Shown here: piece by piece, positions 37,638 to 45,000 of the stretch
Layout: each line of letters begins with the position of its first letter
Numbering within the stretch: the stretch's first letter is position 1
Virus record (IMG/VR): IMGVR_UViG_3300030104_005963
Strand: one strand, 5' to 3'
Origin: a virus
DNA length: 64,000 nt
Notes under the pieces: generated by a model
What the model was told of the DNA's origin: nothing
The model's input: only the letters and a program-made list of their open reading frames with translations
Databases searched by the model: none
Program-made: the position numbers and the translations under genes

Positions 37638-38132
37638 TTAGTCAATAACGGTGATCTCCGAGACAAATTGTCCGATTCCACTTGTACCAGCTCCTCCAGC
37701 AGTCACGGTAAGAACACCTGCAGAGGTTACAGTACCGGCAAGATCACCAGCAGCACCAGCAGTATAAGAAGTTAATGATGAAAAGTTTGGATTAGCACCT
37801 ACTGTTGCGGCACTTGTCGGAACTGCATCAGCTTGGGTATAAGATTGACTGAAGGAAAATGCTGATCCGGCAGTGTCTTGTGTTGCTGCAATTGTTCCTG
37901 GATTATATACACCAGAAGTAATCGTTCCTGCAGAAACTGTTCCTGCCGTGCTTCCATCTGTAGTATCAATATTTGATCCAGAAATACTGAATGATGAACC
38001 AATTCTAGTAGATGTCGCCCTTGCTGCATCAACAGTCAGTTGTACACTTGATGCATGTTTACTTACAATACCACCAGCATAAACAGGTGATGTCATCAAT
38101 ATCATACCAATAGCAATAAATGCTTTTTTCAT
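37638..38132 (-). CDS. Secreted Ala/Gly/Thr-rich hypothetical protein
   Basis: MKKAFIAIGMILMTSPVYA signal; C-terminal QFVSEITVID. Confidence 0.75.
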   Translation of the reverse strand: MKKAFIAIGMILMTSPVYAGGIVSKHASSVQLTVDAARATSTRIGSSFSISGSNIDTTDGSTAGTVSAGTITSGVYNPGTIAATQDTAGSAFSFSQSYTQADAVPTSAATVGANPNFSSLTSYTAGAAGDLAGTVTSAGVLTVTAGGAGTSGIGQFVSEITVID

Positions 38133-38215
38133 GGGTTTGAAGAAGATGTAAAATTATTTAGTTTAAAAAAACGTCTAAATAATGCGAATCATGTAATTAA
38201 AATTTTATTAGAATC

Positions 38216-38455
38216 ATGACTGAACAACAACAACATCTTGCAAATCTTATTGAACAGAGAGATGGATTGAGAAGTGATCTTGAAAAACTTCAAGAAACAA
38301 CCGGAAATAGAAGAGAATTATTTTTTAAAGTGCAGGGTGCCATCGAATATTTGACACAGACTGGAGTTCAACTTCCAGAACCAGAACCAGAAGCAGAAGT
38401 GGCAGAGACGGAAGTGGTTGAAGAATCTGCTCCAAAAAAAGGAAAAAAGGGTTGA
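38216..38455 (+). CDS. Small coiled-coil acidic protein
   Basis: QQHLANL..QR..L; QGAIEYL. Confidence 0.65.
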   Translation: MTEQQQHLANLIEQRDGLRSDLEKLQETTGNRRELFFKVQGAIEYLTQTGVQLPEPEPEAEVAETEVVEESAPKKGKKG

Positions 38456-38480
38456 CGCACTAATTTAGATGCCCTATAAT
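38452..38480 (+). promoter_or_regulatory. sigma70-like promoter for the tRNA-Arg/ncRNA/talC unit
   Basis: TTGACG, 17 nt, TATAAT. Confidence 0.8.
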
Positions 38481-38540
38481 AACTGAGTTGAGAGGCAAAC
38501 ACGGGTAAGAGGAACGACAAACTGTTCCCGCCTCTCACAT

Positions 38541-38614
38541 GACTCAGTAGCTCAGCTGGATAGAGCAACTGCCTTCTAAGCAGTCGGTCGTAGGTTCAAG
38601 TCCTACCTGAGTCG
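38541..38614 (+). tRNA. tRNA-Arg (anticodon UCU), CCA not encoded
   Basis: GACTCAG/CTGAGTC acceptor stem, ACTGC-CTTCTAA-GCAGT, GGTTCAAGTCC. Confidence 0.95.
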
Positions 38615-38637
38615 TTGGAAATCGACGGATTTCCATA

Positions 38638-38810
38638 GGGTGTGACAGAACAACGCTTGTGGAGGCACGGCGTAATGTATAATAGGACAGGGGTGGTGCC
38701 CGCTGTGTTCGCACAGAACTCTTACCAGGAGGTCCGAAAGTCTGAGTGACCTATTATCACATCAGTGATTCCCACTCGGTGAAGGTATAATGTATTCCTT
38801 CCACCCACCA
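38638..38810 (+). ncRNA. Highly structured RNA, manA-motif-like candidate, with a tRNA-like ACCA end
   Basis: Multiple helices (GGCAC/GTGCC, ATAATAGG/CCTATTAT, CTGTG-TTCG-CACAG, GAGTG/CACTC, GGGTG/CACCC-ACCA); lies between a tRNA and talC. Confidence 0.6.
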
Positions 38811-38885
38811 CAACACAACCATGGGTAGACATCTCCCCAAAATTGCAGGTTGGTTCACCTGCATCTTTTCCATATTTTTGTTAAA

Positions 38886-39530
38886 ATGAAAATTTTCCTG
38901 GATACTGCCGATACTGAAGTAATTAAAAAATATTATGAAACTGGATTGATTGATGGTATTACTACCAATCCTACTCTGATTATGAAGAGTGGTAAAAATC
39001 CTGATGATGTATATCAAGAACTAAAAGATCTTGGAGTCAATGACCTAAGTATGGAAGTTGTTGGTACTGCTGATGAAATGATTAAAGAAGGACTCAGACT
39101 TCAGGAAAAATTTGGTTTCTGCACAACTGTAAAAGTTCCAATGACAAAGGATGGTCTTACCGCCTGCCGAGAACTATCATATCAAAATATTAGAGTTAAT
39201 GTAACTCTTATTTTCTCTGCTGCACAGGCAGTTCTTGCTGCTCGTGCCGGTGCTTTTTATGTGTCTCCTTTTGTGGGACGACTTGATGATCAGTCTGTGG
39301 CAGGACTTGAAGTGGTACGTTCTATTTCTGAACTGTATCGCATTCATGGATGTCCCACACAAGTTCTTTCTGCTTCTATCCGAAGTGTGCAAAGAGCAGT
39401 GAGGTCGTGGTATAATGGAGCTCAGGTGGTCACAATGCCACCTAAGGTCTTTGAAGATATGTACAATCACATTCTTACTGATAAAGGATTGGAAATATTT
39501 GACAAAGACTGGCAGTCTGTTGTAAAATAG
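38886..39530 (+). CDS. talC: Transaldolase (TalC/FSA family)
   Basis: MKIFLDTAD, GITTNPTL, VKVP (Schiff-base Lys), NVTLIFS, YVSPFVGRLDD. Confidence 0.97.
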   Translation: MKIFLDTADTEVIKKYYETGLIDGITTNPTLIMKSGKNPDDVYQELKDLGVNDLSMEVVGTADEMIKEGLRLQEKFGFCTTVKVPMTKDGLTACRELSYQNIRVNVTLIFSAAQAVLAARAGAFYVSPFVGRLDDQSVAGLEVVRSISELYRIHGCPTQVLSASIRSVQRAVRSWYNGAQVVTMPPKVFEDMYNHILTDKGLEIFDKDWQSVVK

Positions 39531-39545
39531 GCATATGCCTTTTCT

Positions 39546-39616
39546 GCGGGTGTGGTGTAGCGGTAACATGTGAGCCTTCCAAGCTTTTGTCACGAGTTCG
39601 ATCCTCGTCACCCGCT
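39546..39616 (+). tRNA. tRNA-Gly (anticodon UCC), CCA not encoded
   Basis: GCGGGTG/CACCCGC acceptor stem, CTTCCAA loop, GAGTTCGATCCTC. Confidence 0.93.
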
Positions 39617-39648
39617 TCGGATAACCGAATATCCGAATTTATACCTAG

Positions 39649-39656
39649 TATAAATA
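39649..39656 (+). promoter_or_regulatory. T4-type late promoter
   Basis: TATAAATA. Confidence 0.7.
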
Positions 39657-39759
39657 ATACACCTTTTATCAAACTGTATCAAAAGGTAACAACGGGACAA
39701 GTCGAGTCCCTATTCATCTGCGGGTAATCACTCCGCAAGTAACTAAAGAGGTTTTAAAA

Positions 39760-40134
39760 ATGATTAAATCTGTATTCGCAGCAGTTGCTGCTCTGTCCAT
39801 GTCTGCCGGTGCTGCCGTTGCAGGTCCCTATGTCAACGTAGAAACTAATGCCGGATGGGCTGCCGACGATTACACCGGGGCAACGACGGACATCCACGTT
39901 GGCTATGAAGGTGCTCTGGGTGAGTCTGGTTCCTACTATGTTCAGGGTGGTCCCGCTGTCGTTGCTGTAGATGGTGAAGATTCTGAGACTGAGTTCTCTG
40001 GTAAGGCAGGTCTTGGTTTTGCTGTCTCTGATGCAGTTGGTGTATATGGTGAGGTTTCTTTCATCACTACCGAAATTGCCGGTGATGACGAACTGAATGT
40101 CGGTGGTAAACTGGGTGTGAAGTACAACTTCTGA
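39760..40134 (+). CDS. Small secreted outer-membrane beta-barrel-like protein
   Basis: Signal peptide ending AVA, alternating strands (HVGYEG, YYVQGG, VGVYGEVSF), C-terminal beta-signal GVKYNF. Confidence 0.7.
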   Translation: MIKSVFAAVAALSMSAGAAVAGPYVNVETNAGWAADDYTGATTDIHVGYEGALGESGSYYVQGGPAVVAVDGEDSETEFSGKAGLGFAVSDAVGVYGEVSFITTEIAGDDELNVGGKLGVKYNF

Positions 40135-40158
40135 TTACTTGACATCCTGCTATAACAC

Positions 40159-40182
40159 AGGGGTCTAACGACCCCTTTTTTT
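40159..40182 (+). terminator. Rho-independent terminator
   Basis: AGGGGTC-TAAC-GACCCCT followed by a T run. Confidence 0.85.
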
Positions 40183-40371
40183 ATGCTTAAAGTATTATTT
40201 CATCCAGTCACAACTTTCAACCTATTATTAGTTGGTTTTATAGGTTTGGTTGAGATCGTTCACACTACAGCACACCACACTGTAGAATCTGACGTACATG
40301 GATATGTGCGTAAAACGTTTAGAGAAAATCCAGAATTAGTAAAATCTATATGTCGGGACTTAGATGAATGA
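40183..40371 (+). CDS. Small membrane protein
   Basis: N-terminal TM, His-rich HTTAHH. Confidence 0.55.
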   Translation: MLKVLFHPVTTFNLLLVGFIGLVEIVHTTAHHTVESDVHGYVRKTFRENPELVKSICRDLDE

Positions 40372-40586
40372 AAAAGAAAGTAAAGAAAATGATAGAATGG
40401 TTCTATGATAAATCTGATAGAGGAGAACAAAACATTGCAGAATGCAAAAGTCTTTATGATCTTGTAGAAAAACTGCAGTATCGTCTAGAAGATATGGAAA
40501 GTGAACATATGCAACTATTATGTGAAATGGGAAAAATTCAAAGTAAACTAGATATGTTAGAAACTGACCTATCTAATGAAGATTAA
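40368..40586 (+). CDS. Coiled-coil hypothetical protein
   Basis: LQYRLEDME.EH. Confidence 0.6.
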   Translation: MKKKVKKMIEWFYDKSDRGEQNIAECKSLYDLVEKLQYRLEDMESEHMQLLCEMGKIQSKLDMLETDLSNED

Positions 40587-40752
40587 TCTCTGGTATTCTA
40601 AGAGTATGGAAAAATGGAGATGGACTTTATCTGAAGAATTTAGAAATGGTACTACAAAACTAGAACAACACTCTGGTCAACAACCTATGTTACGTGATGC
40701 AATGGAGGATGTTGCTAATACTGTTGAATATATTCTTGATAATAAAACATGA
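40576..40752 (+). CDS. Small hypothetical protein (58 aa, not in ORF track)
   Basis: MKINLWYSKSMEKWRWTL...AMEDVANTVEY. Confidence 0.6.
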   Translation: MKINLWYSKSMEKWRWTLSEEFRNGTTKLEQHSGQQPMLRDAMEDVANTVEYILDNKT

Positions 40753-40952
40753 ATCCGTCATCATATTATAGAGAAGGTGGACTTCCAGTTGAACAAACTA
40801 ATCTTCTAAGGTTAATTAGTGAACTGGAAGGATCATCTCAATTATGTAAATACATGGGATTTATAGATGATATGGAAACCCTTGACAAAATAAAAAAGAA
40901 GTATTATAGTATGTACTTCAGACTCAAAAAAGAGCAACGTAATCCTCAGTAG
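40749..40952 (+). CDS. Hypothetical protein
   Basis: LLRLISELEGS..; 3' end overlaps the first 10 nt of tRNA-Asn. Confidence 0.55.
   Translation: MNPSSYYREGGLPVEQTNLLRLISELEGSSQLCKYMGFIDDMETLDKIKKKYYSMYFRLKKEQRNPQ
40882..40910 (+). promoter_or_regulatory. sigma70-like promoter upstream of tRNA-Asn/Val (inside the preceding CDS)
   Basis: TTGACA, 17 nt, TATAGT. Confidence 0.7.
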
Positions 40953-41014
40953 CTCAGCGGCAGAGCCATCGACTGTTAATCGATTGGTCGTAGGTTCAAA
41001 TCCTACCTGGGGAG
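40943..41014 (+). tRNA. tRNA-Asn (anticodon GUU)
   Basis: TCCTCAG/CTGGGGA acceptor stem, ATCGA-CTGTTAA-TCGAT, GGTTCAAATCC. Confidence 0.95.
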
Positions 41015-41016
41015 TT

Positions 41017-41088
41017 GGGAGATTAACTCAGCGGTAGAGTGACTGCTTTACACGCAGTAGGTCACAGGTTCAAATCCTGTATCTCCCA
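41017..41088 (+). tRNA. tRNA-Val (anticodon UAC)
   Basis: GGGAGAT/ATCTCCC acceptor stem, ACTGC-TTTACAC-GCAGT, GGTTCAAATCC. Confidence 0.95.
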
Positions 41089-41126
41089 TATAAATAAGTG
41101 AAAACTGACGAAGTAATCACTATACA

Positions 41127-41384
41127 ATGGATAATATCCGAGTAAGATGTCGTTCCTGCAATAAGGAAATAGAAGGACATCTGAACAAAACAATTTCTTG
41201 TGGATGTACAAACATGACAACAATTCGTGGAGATAAAATTTCTGCGGTTGATTTGTCATTGGTTGTTATGTTAAATTCCAAACAATCTAAAAATACAAAA
41301 AGAGTCTTGTCAGATCAAGATATTCTTTGGCAAGAAGAAAGAAGGCAACGTAAAGTTCGTAAGTTAGACTTTGAAGTCCGTTGA
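41127..41384 (+). CDS. Zn-ribbon-like hypothetical protein
   Basis: CRSC...CGC.N. Confidence 0.65.
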   Translation: MDNIRVRCRSCNKEIEGHLNKTISCGCTNMTTIRGDKISAVDLSLVVMLNSKQSKNTKRVLSDQDILWQEERRQRKVRKLDFEVR

Positions 41385-41596
41385 AAAAACTTTGGGAAGT
41401 ATGGAAGTATTCATTGGGAAGTTTTAGTGATTCTAAGACAAAACCATATGATAACTGGGTTGCTATTATTCGTACTTTTATATTTGTATCTTATATGATT
41501 ACCAATGCTTTTATTGTATCTGGAGTTATTAGACACTGGAATAATGTACCTGGAGAGAGTCCGGTTGGTCGAGGACACCGCCTTGAAAGCGGCTGA
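41381..41596 (+). CDS. Small membrane protein whose 3' end runs into tRNA-Ser
   Basis: WKYSLGSFSD..T..YD..V..IRT..F; TM segment. Confidence 0.55.
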   Translation: MKKLWEVWKYSLGSFSDSKTKPYDNWVAIIRTFIFVSYMITNAFIVSGVIRHWNNVPGESPVGRGHRLESG

Positions 41597-41634
41597 GGAT
41601 AATACCTTCGCAGGTTCGATTCCTGTTCTCTCCG
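41552..41634 (+). tRNA. tRNA-Ser (anticodon UGA), long variable arm
   Basis: GGAGAGA/TCTCTCC acceptor stem, CCGC-CTTGAAA-GCGG, GGTTCGATTCC. Confidence 0.92.
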
Positions 41635-41690
41635 TATTTCTGTAACTATTTGATACATTAAATAGTAGTGTAGACAGTCTTTCTACTATT

Positions 41691-41846
41691 ATGCATCCCG
41701 ACGATTTACAGAACTGGAAAACCATTAAAGAAAAGTTTGAAGAAAATGGTACGACAGATAATTTTTATTATAAAAGAGCTTGCGCTATTGTAAGAGGAGA
41801 ACCTGACCCCATGGATAATTTGAAAAATGTCACACAGGATGGATGA
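41691..41846 (+). CDS. Small hypothetical protein (51 aa, not in ORF track)
   Basis: MHPDDLQNWKTIKE..E..G.TDNFYYKRACAI. Confidence 0.6.
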   Translation: MHPDDLQNWKTIKEKFEENGTTDNFYYKRACAIVRGEPDPMDNLKNVTQDG

Positions 41847-42009
41847 GATTAAACCCAAGCACTACATTACCGAACAAAAGTGCCAGGAACTAATTGATAA
41901 GGCTATTGACAGACACAATAAAACTGCTACAATTATAAGTGCTATTCTCGGATCAATTCTCCTTGCATTCTATTCGCATGGAGTTCTATCACTAGTTGGT
42001 CGTGTGTAA
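41827..42009 (+). CDS. Small membrane protein
   Basis: IDKAIDRHN..A.IISAILG. Confidence 0.6.
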   Translation: MSHRMDEIKPKHYITEQKCQELIDKAIDRHNKTATIISAILGSILLAFYSHGVLSLVGRV

Positions 42010-42068
42010 TAGCTGCGGTGATCCCCTTTGGTAGATTCAGGGTTAGCGGCGATAGGAATCTACCTTTA

Positions 42069-42140
42069 CGGGGTGTAGCGCAGAGGTAGCGCGGTGCTTT
42101 TGGGAAGCATAGGTCGGAGGTTCGATCCCTCTCACCCCGA
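42069..42140 (+). tRNA. tRNA-Pro (anticodon UGG)
   Basis: CGGGGTG/CACCCCG acceptor stem, GTGCT-TTTGGGA-AGCAT, GGTTCGATCCC. Confidence 0.95.
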
Positions 42141-42163
42141 CTGTCAGTTTACTCACTGGCACC

Positions 42164-42192
42164 TTGACTACATAGTCACAATACCTTATAAT
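42164..42192 (+). promoter_or_regulatory. sigma70-like promoter
   Basis: TTGACT, 17 nt, TATAAT. Confidence 0.8.
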
Positions 42193-42214
42193 ATACAGGC
42201 AATCAAAACAGACA

Positions 42215-42436
42215 ATGGCACTGACCGAAAAATTCAAGTCTAAAGACATCAGCACTCTTCGTGCTGCGGCAAATGGAGAAATTTTTCTGGATGTAAAAAA
42301 TCCAAAGTTGTTTAAAAAAGTTCGTCGTTTTTATGAATCTATCGGAGTAATTTTTTCTGGTGATCCCGGTGATGATTATGAAATGTTGATGGATTACCTT
42401 TATTCCGATCTTGAAGTTGTAGAGGTTGTGCAGTGA
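42215..42436 (+). CDS. Conserved cyanophage hypothetical protein
   Basis: AANGEIFLDVKNPKL.KKVRR.Y. Confidence 0.7.
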   Translation: MALTEKFKSKDISTLRAAANGEIFLDVKNPKLFKKVRRFYESIGVIFSGDPGDDYEMLMDYLYSDLEVVEVVQ

Positions 42437-42711
42437 ATGATTTAGATCCTAAATCTGTTGCTTCGACAAAGACCACTATTATTCATGAACGATTTCCATA
42501 TCGTTTTGTTCAAAAAGGTTACATTCAATTGAACGGAAATCCTGATTTCCGTATGCAAAAAGCACATGAGTATACTAAAAAGTATTCTGATGTCTATTTG
42601 TTTGATAATGGAGATCAAATGCTTCTTGCAATTGAAGACCATGAATATTCCAAATGGTTAGATCCTGAAGGTGTGCCTTGCTATATAAAAGATAGTGTAT
42701 CTGCCAGGTAA
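42433..42711 (+). CDS. Conserved cyanophage hypothetical protein
   Basis: GTG start; ERFPYRFVQKG..NG.PD.R.QK. Confidence 0.7.
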   Translation: MNDLDPKSVASTKTTIIHERFPYRFVQKGYIQLNGNPDFRMQKAHEYTKKYSDVYLFDNGDQMLLAIEDHEYSKWLDPEGVPCYIKDSVSAR

Positions 42712-42963
42712 ATGGAAAAAGATGCTATCAATCTCACTCTTATACATGAGTGGATGACAGTATCTGATGCTAAACTTTTACTTCACTATCAATACATGAA
42801 AGTGAGGTCTCATAAAAAATATGGTGGATGGAAGACTGTTCAGACTCTCATGAATATTGCCTATGGCATTTATCAAAGAGAGTCTGAAGAATTCTTGAGA
42901 GCTAGATTAGATCTTATTAAGTCACGGATGGACTCTAACAGCACTGGTCGGGACAACCCCTAA
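42712..42963 (+). CDS. Hypothetical protein
   Basis: 83 aa; the C-terminal codons coincide with a structured element. Confidence 0.45.
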   Translation: MEKDAINLTLIHEWMTVSDAKLLLHYQYMKVRSHKKYGGWKTVQTLMNIAYGIYQRESEEFLRARLDLIKSRMDSNSTGRDNP

Positions 42964-43053
42964 GTTTCCTGCTTCTTTAAAAAGCAGGTGGTGCGGATGG
43001 AGGTAATACTCCCGCCCTGTTTCTTGCTTCAGGATAAAGAGTAAGTGGCGTGC
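42964..43053 (+). ncRNA. wcaG-RNA-motif-like element
   Basis: Two GTTTC-hairpin-TGGYG units (TGGTG 42989, TGGCG 43046), potential pseudoknot CCTG/CAGG, directly upstream of an NAD-dependent epimerase. Confidence 0.65.
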
Positions 43054-43067
43054 ATGGCAAAGACCTT

Positions 43068-43105
43068 AGGGGGGAGTTGTAAAAACTCTCCTTTTTTAGT
43101 ATAAT
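43068..43105 (+). terminator. Terminator hairpin overlapping a weak sigma70-like promoter
   Basis: AGGGGGAGTT..AACTCTCCT-T5; TTGTAA (43076-81), 18 nt, TATAAT (43100-05). Confidence 0.65.
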
Positions 43106-43129
43106 ATATAATAGGAGTTTGAGTTTATT

Positions 43130-44209
43130 ATGTCTGATTGTAAGAAGACCGCACTTGTACTTGGTGCGGGTGGGTTTATTGGAAGTCATATGGTCAAGAG
43201 ACTTCGTTCCGAAGGTTATTGGGTTCGTGGAGTTGACCTTAAATATCCAGAGTTTTCCAGTCATCAAGCTAATGAGTTCATAGTTGGTGACTTGAGAGAT
43301 GTTAGTTTTGTAAAACGATGTGTTCGTTTTACCGGATATCTTGGAAATTTTTATAAAGATATTGTAGATAAGTTTGCCGAACCTTTTGATGAAATCTATC
43401 AGTTTGCTGCTGATATGGGTGGTGCAGGTTTTGTTTTTACTGGTGAGAACGATGCAGACATCATGCACAATTCTGTATCAATTAATTTAAATGTTCTTGA
43501 AGAACAATGTAAATTGAATGAAGTTGTAGAACAAAATAAGACTAAAATTTTCTATTCTGGATCGGCATGTATGTATCCGGAGCATAATCAACTAGACCCT
43601 AACAACCCAGATTGTCGTGAAGAATCAGCATATCCAGCAGACCCAGATTCGGAATATGGATGGGAGAAACTCTTTAGTGAGAGACTCTACCTTGCATACA
43701 ATCGCAATCATGATATCCCTGTTCGCATTGCTAGGTATCACAATATTTTTGGACCTGAAGGAACTTGGGAAGGAGGAAGAGAGAAAGCACCAGCTGCAAT
43801 CTGCCGTAAAGTCGCTTATCTTCCGGAGGAAGGTGGATCTATCGAGGTGTGGGGAGATGGCCTACAGACTCGTTCCTTCCTGTTCATTGATGAATGCATC
43901 GAGGCAACTAAAAGAATGATGGACAGTGACTTTATGGGTCCTGTGAACATTGGTTCTGAAGAGATGGTTACTATTAATCAACTTGTAGATACTGCTGCAA
44001 AGGTTGCTGACAAGGAAGTTCAGAAAATTCATAAACTTGATGCACCTTTAGGTGTTCGTGGTCGAAATTCTAATAATGATTTAATTCGCAGAGAATTGGG
44101 ATGGGACTATTCACAAACTCTTGAAGAAGGTATCTCTAAAACTTATGCCTGGATCAAATCTCAGATTAAAAGTTCTGAAACATATATTCCTTTTTATCAT
44201 TCGATATGA
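43130..44209 (+). CDS. NAD-dependent epimerase, GDP-mannose 3,5-epimerase-like
   Basis: GAGGFIG, AADMGG, SGSACMYP, YGWEK (YxxxK), GGREKAPAA.CRK. Confidence 0.85.
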   Translation: MSDCKKTALVLGAGGFIGSHMVKRLRSEGYWVRGVDLKYPEFSSHQANEFIVGDLRDVSFVKRCVRFTGYLGNFYKDIVDKFAEPFDEIYQFAADMGGAGFVFTGENDADIMHNSVSINLNVLEEQCKLNEVVEQNKTKIFYSGSACMYPEHNQLDPNNPDCREESAYPADPDSEYGWEKLFSERLYLAYNRNHDIPVRIARYHNIFGPEGTWEGGREKAPAAICRKVAYLPEEGGSIEVWGDGLQTRSFLFIDECIEATKRMMDSDFMGPVNIGSEEMVTINQLVDTAAKVADKEVQKIHKLDAPLGVRGRNSNNDLIRRELGWDYSQTLEEGISKTYAWIKSQIKSSETYIPFYHSI

Positions 44210-45000
44210 CAATAAGTTTTAATCACCTTGGTTTTTGGGGTCGTCTCGGAAATCAAATGTTTCAGTATTCGACGTTGAAGTCTATTGCTAAAAAACATGG
44301 ATATAATTTTACTATTCCTCCTAGTAATTTTAGTGATCCATATAAAGAACATCAGTTATTTGAGGCATTTGAACTAGCAAGTTTGCCTCAAGAAAACATC
44401 AGACTGAACAACATTGAGAATATTCTTAAGGAGACTCACTTTCATTTTGATGAAGAACTTTGTAACAAGTGTCCTGATAATATTGACTTGTTTGGTTACT
44501 TTCAATCAGAGAAATACTTTGTTGATATTAGAGATGAAATATTAGAGGACTTCACATTTCTTCCTCATATCTATGAACCAGCAAAGGAGATGAGGGATGA
44601 ATTTGATGATGAGGTTATCTCTCTTCATATTCGTAGAGGAGATTATGTAGAGCAACCTTGGCATGGTCCACAGACCACTGATTACTATGCCAAAGCACTG
44701 AAAATGATGCCAGAAAATCTACCTGTTATCATCTTTACTGATGATCCTACTTGGGCATTCCAACAAAAGTTATTTGAATCTGATAGATTTGTAGTTTCAG
44801 AAAACAATAGTAATTTATTTGATATGTGTTTAATGACACTTTGTAATTATCATATCATTGCTAATTCATCTTTCTCTTGGTGGGGTGCTTGGTTGTCAGA
44901 TAGTAAAAAAGTTATTGCCCCCAAAAGATGGTTTGGTCCTCCTTTAGATAAAAAAAATGATACTAAAGATTTAATCCCCTCTAGATGGGAGAAAATATGA
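44206..45000 (+). CDS. GT11 alpha-1,2-fucosyltransferase-like
   Basis: GRLGNQMFQY, GYFQS, HIRRGDY, NSSFSWWGA. Confidence 0.88.
   Translation: MTISFNHLGFWGRLGNQMFQYSTLKSIAKKHGYNFTIPPSNFSDPYKEHQLFEAFELASLPQENIRLNNIENILKETHFHFDEELCNKCPDNIDLFGYFQSEKYFVDIRDEILEDFTFLPHIYEPAKEMRDEFDDEVISLHIRRGDYVEQPWHGPQTTDYYAKALKMMPENLPVIIFTDDPTWAFQQKLFESDRFVVSENNSNLFDMCLMTLCNYHIIANSSFSWWGAWLSDSKKVIAPKRWFGPPLDKKNDTKDLIPSRWEKI

Noticed and set aside
38489-38537. Hairpin before tRNA-Arg as a separate ncRNA
   Set aside because: Most simply the structured 5' leader of the pre-tRNA from the promoter at 38452-38480; nothing indicates an independent function.
38638-38810. Calling the structured RNA a tmRNA or an intron-containing tRNA
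   Set aside because: At 173 nt it is too short for a one-piece tmRNA, has no canonical TTCRA T-loop and no obvious tag ORF or anticodon arm; kept only as a tRNA-like-ended RNA of uncertain class.
40139-40156. TTGACA and TATAAC after the beta-barrel gene as a promoter
   Set aside because: The spacer is only 6 nt and a terminator follows immediately.
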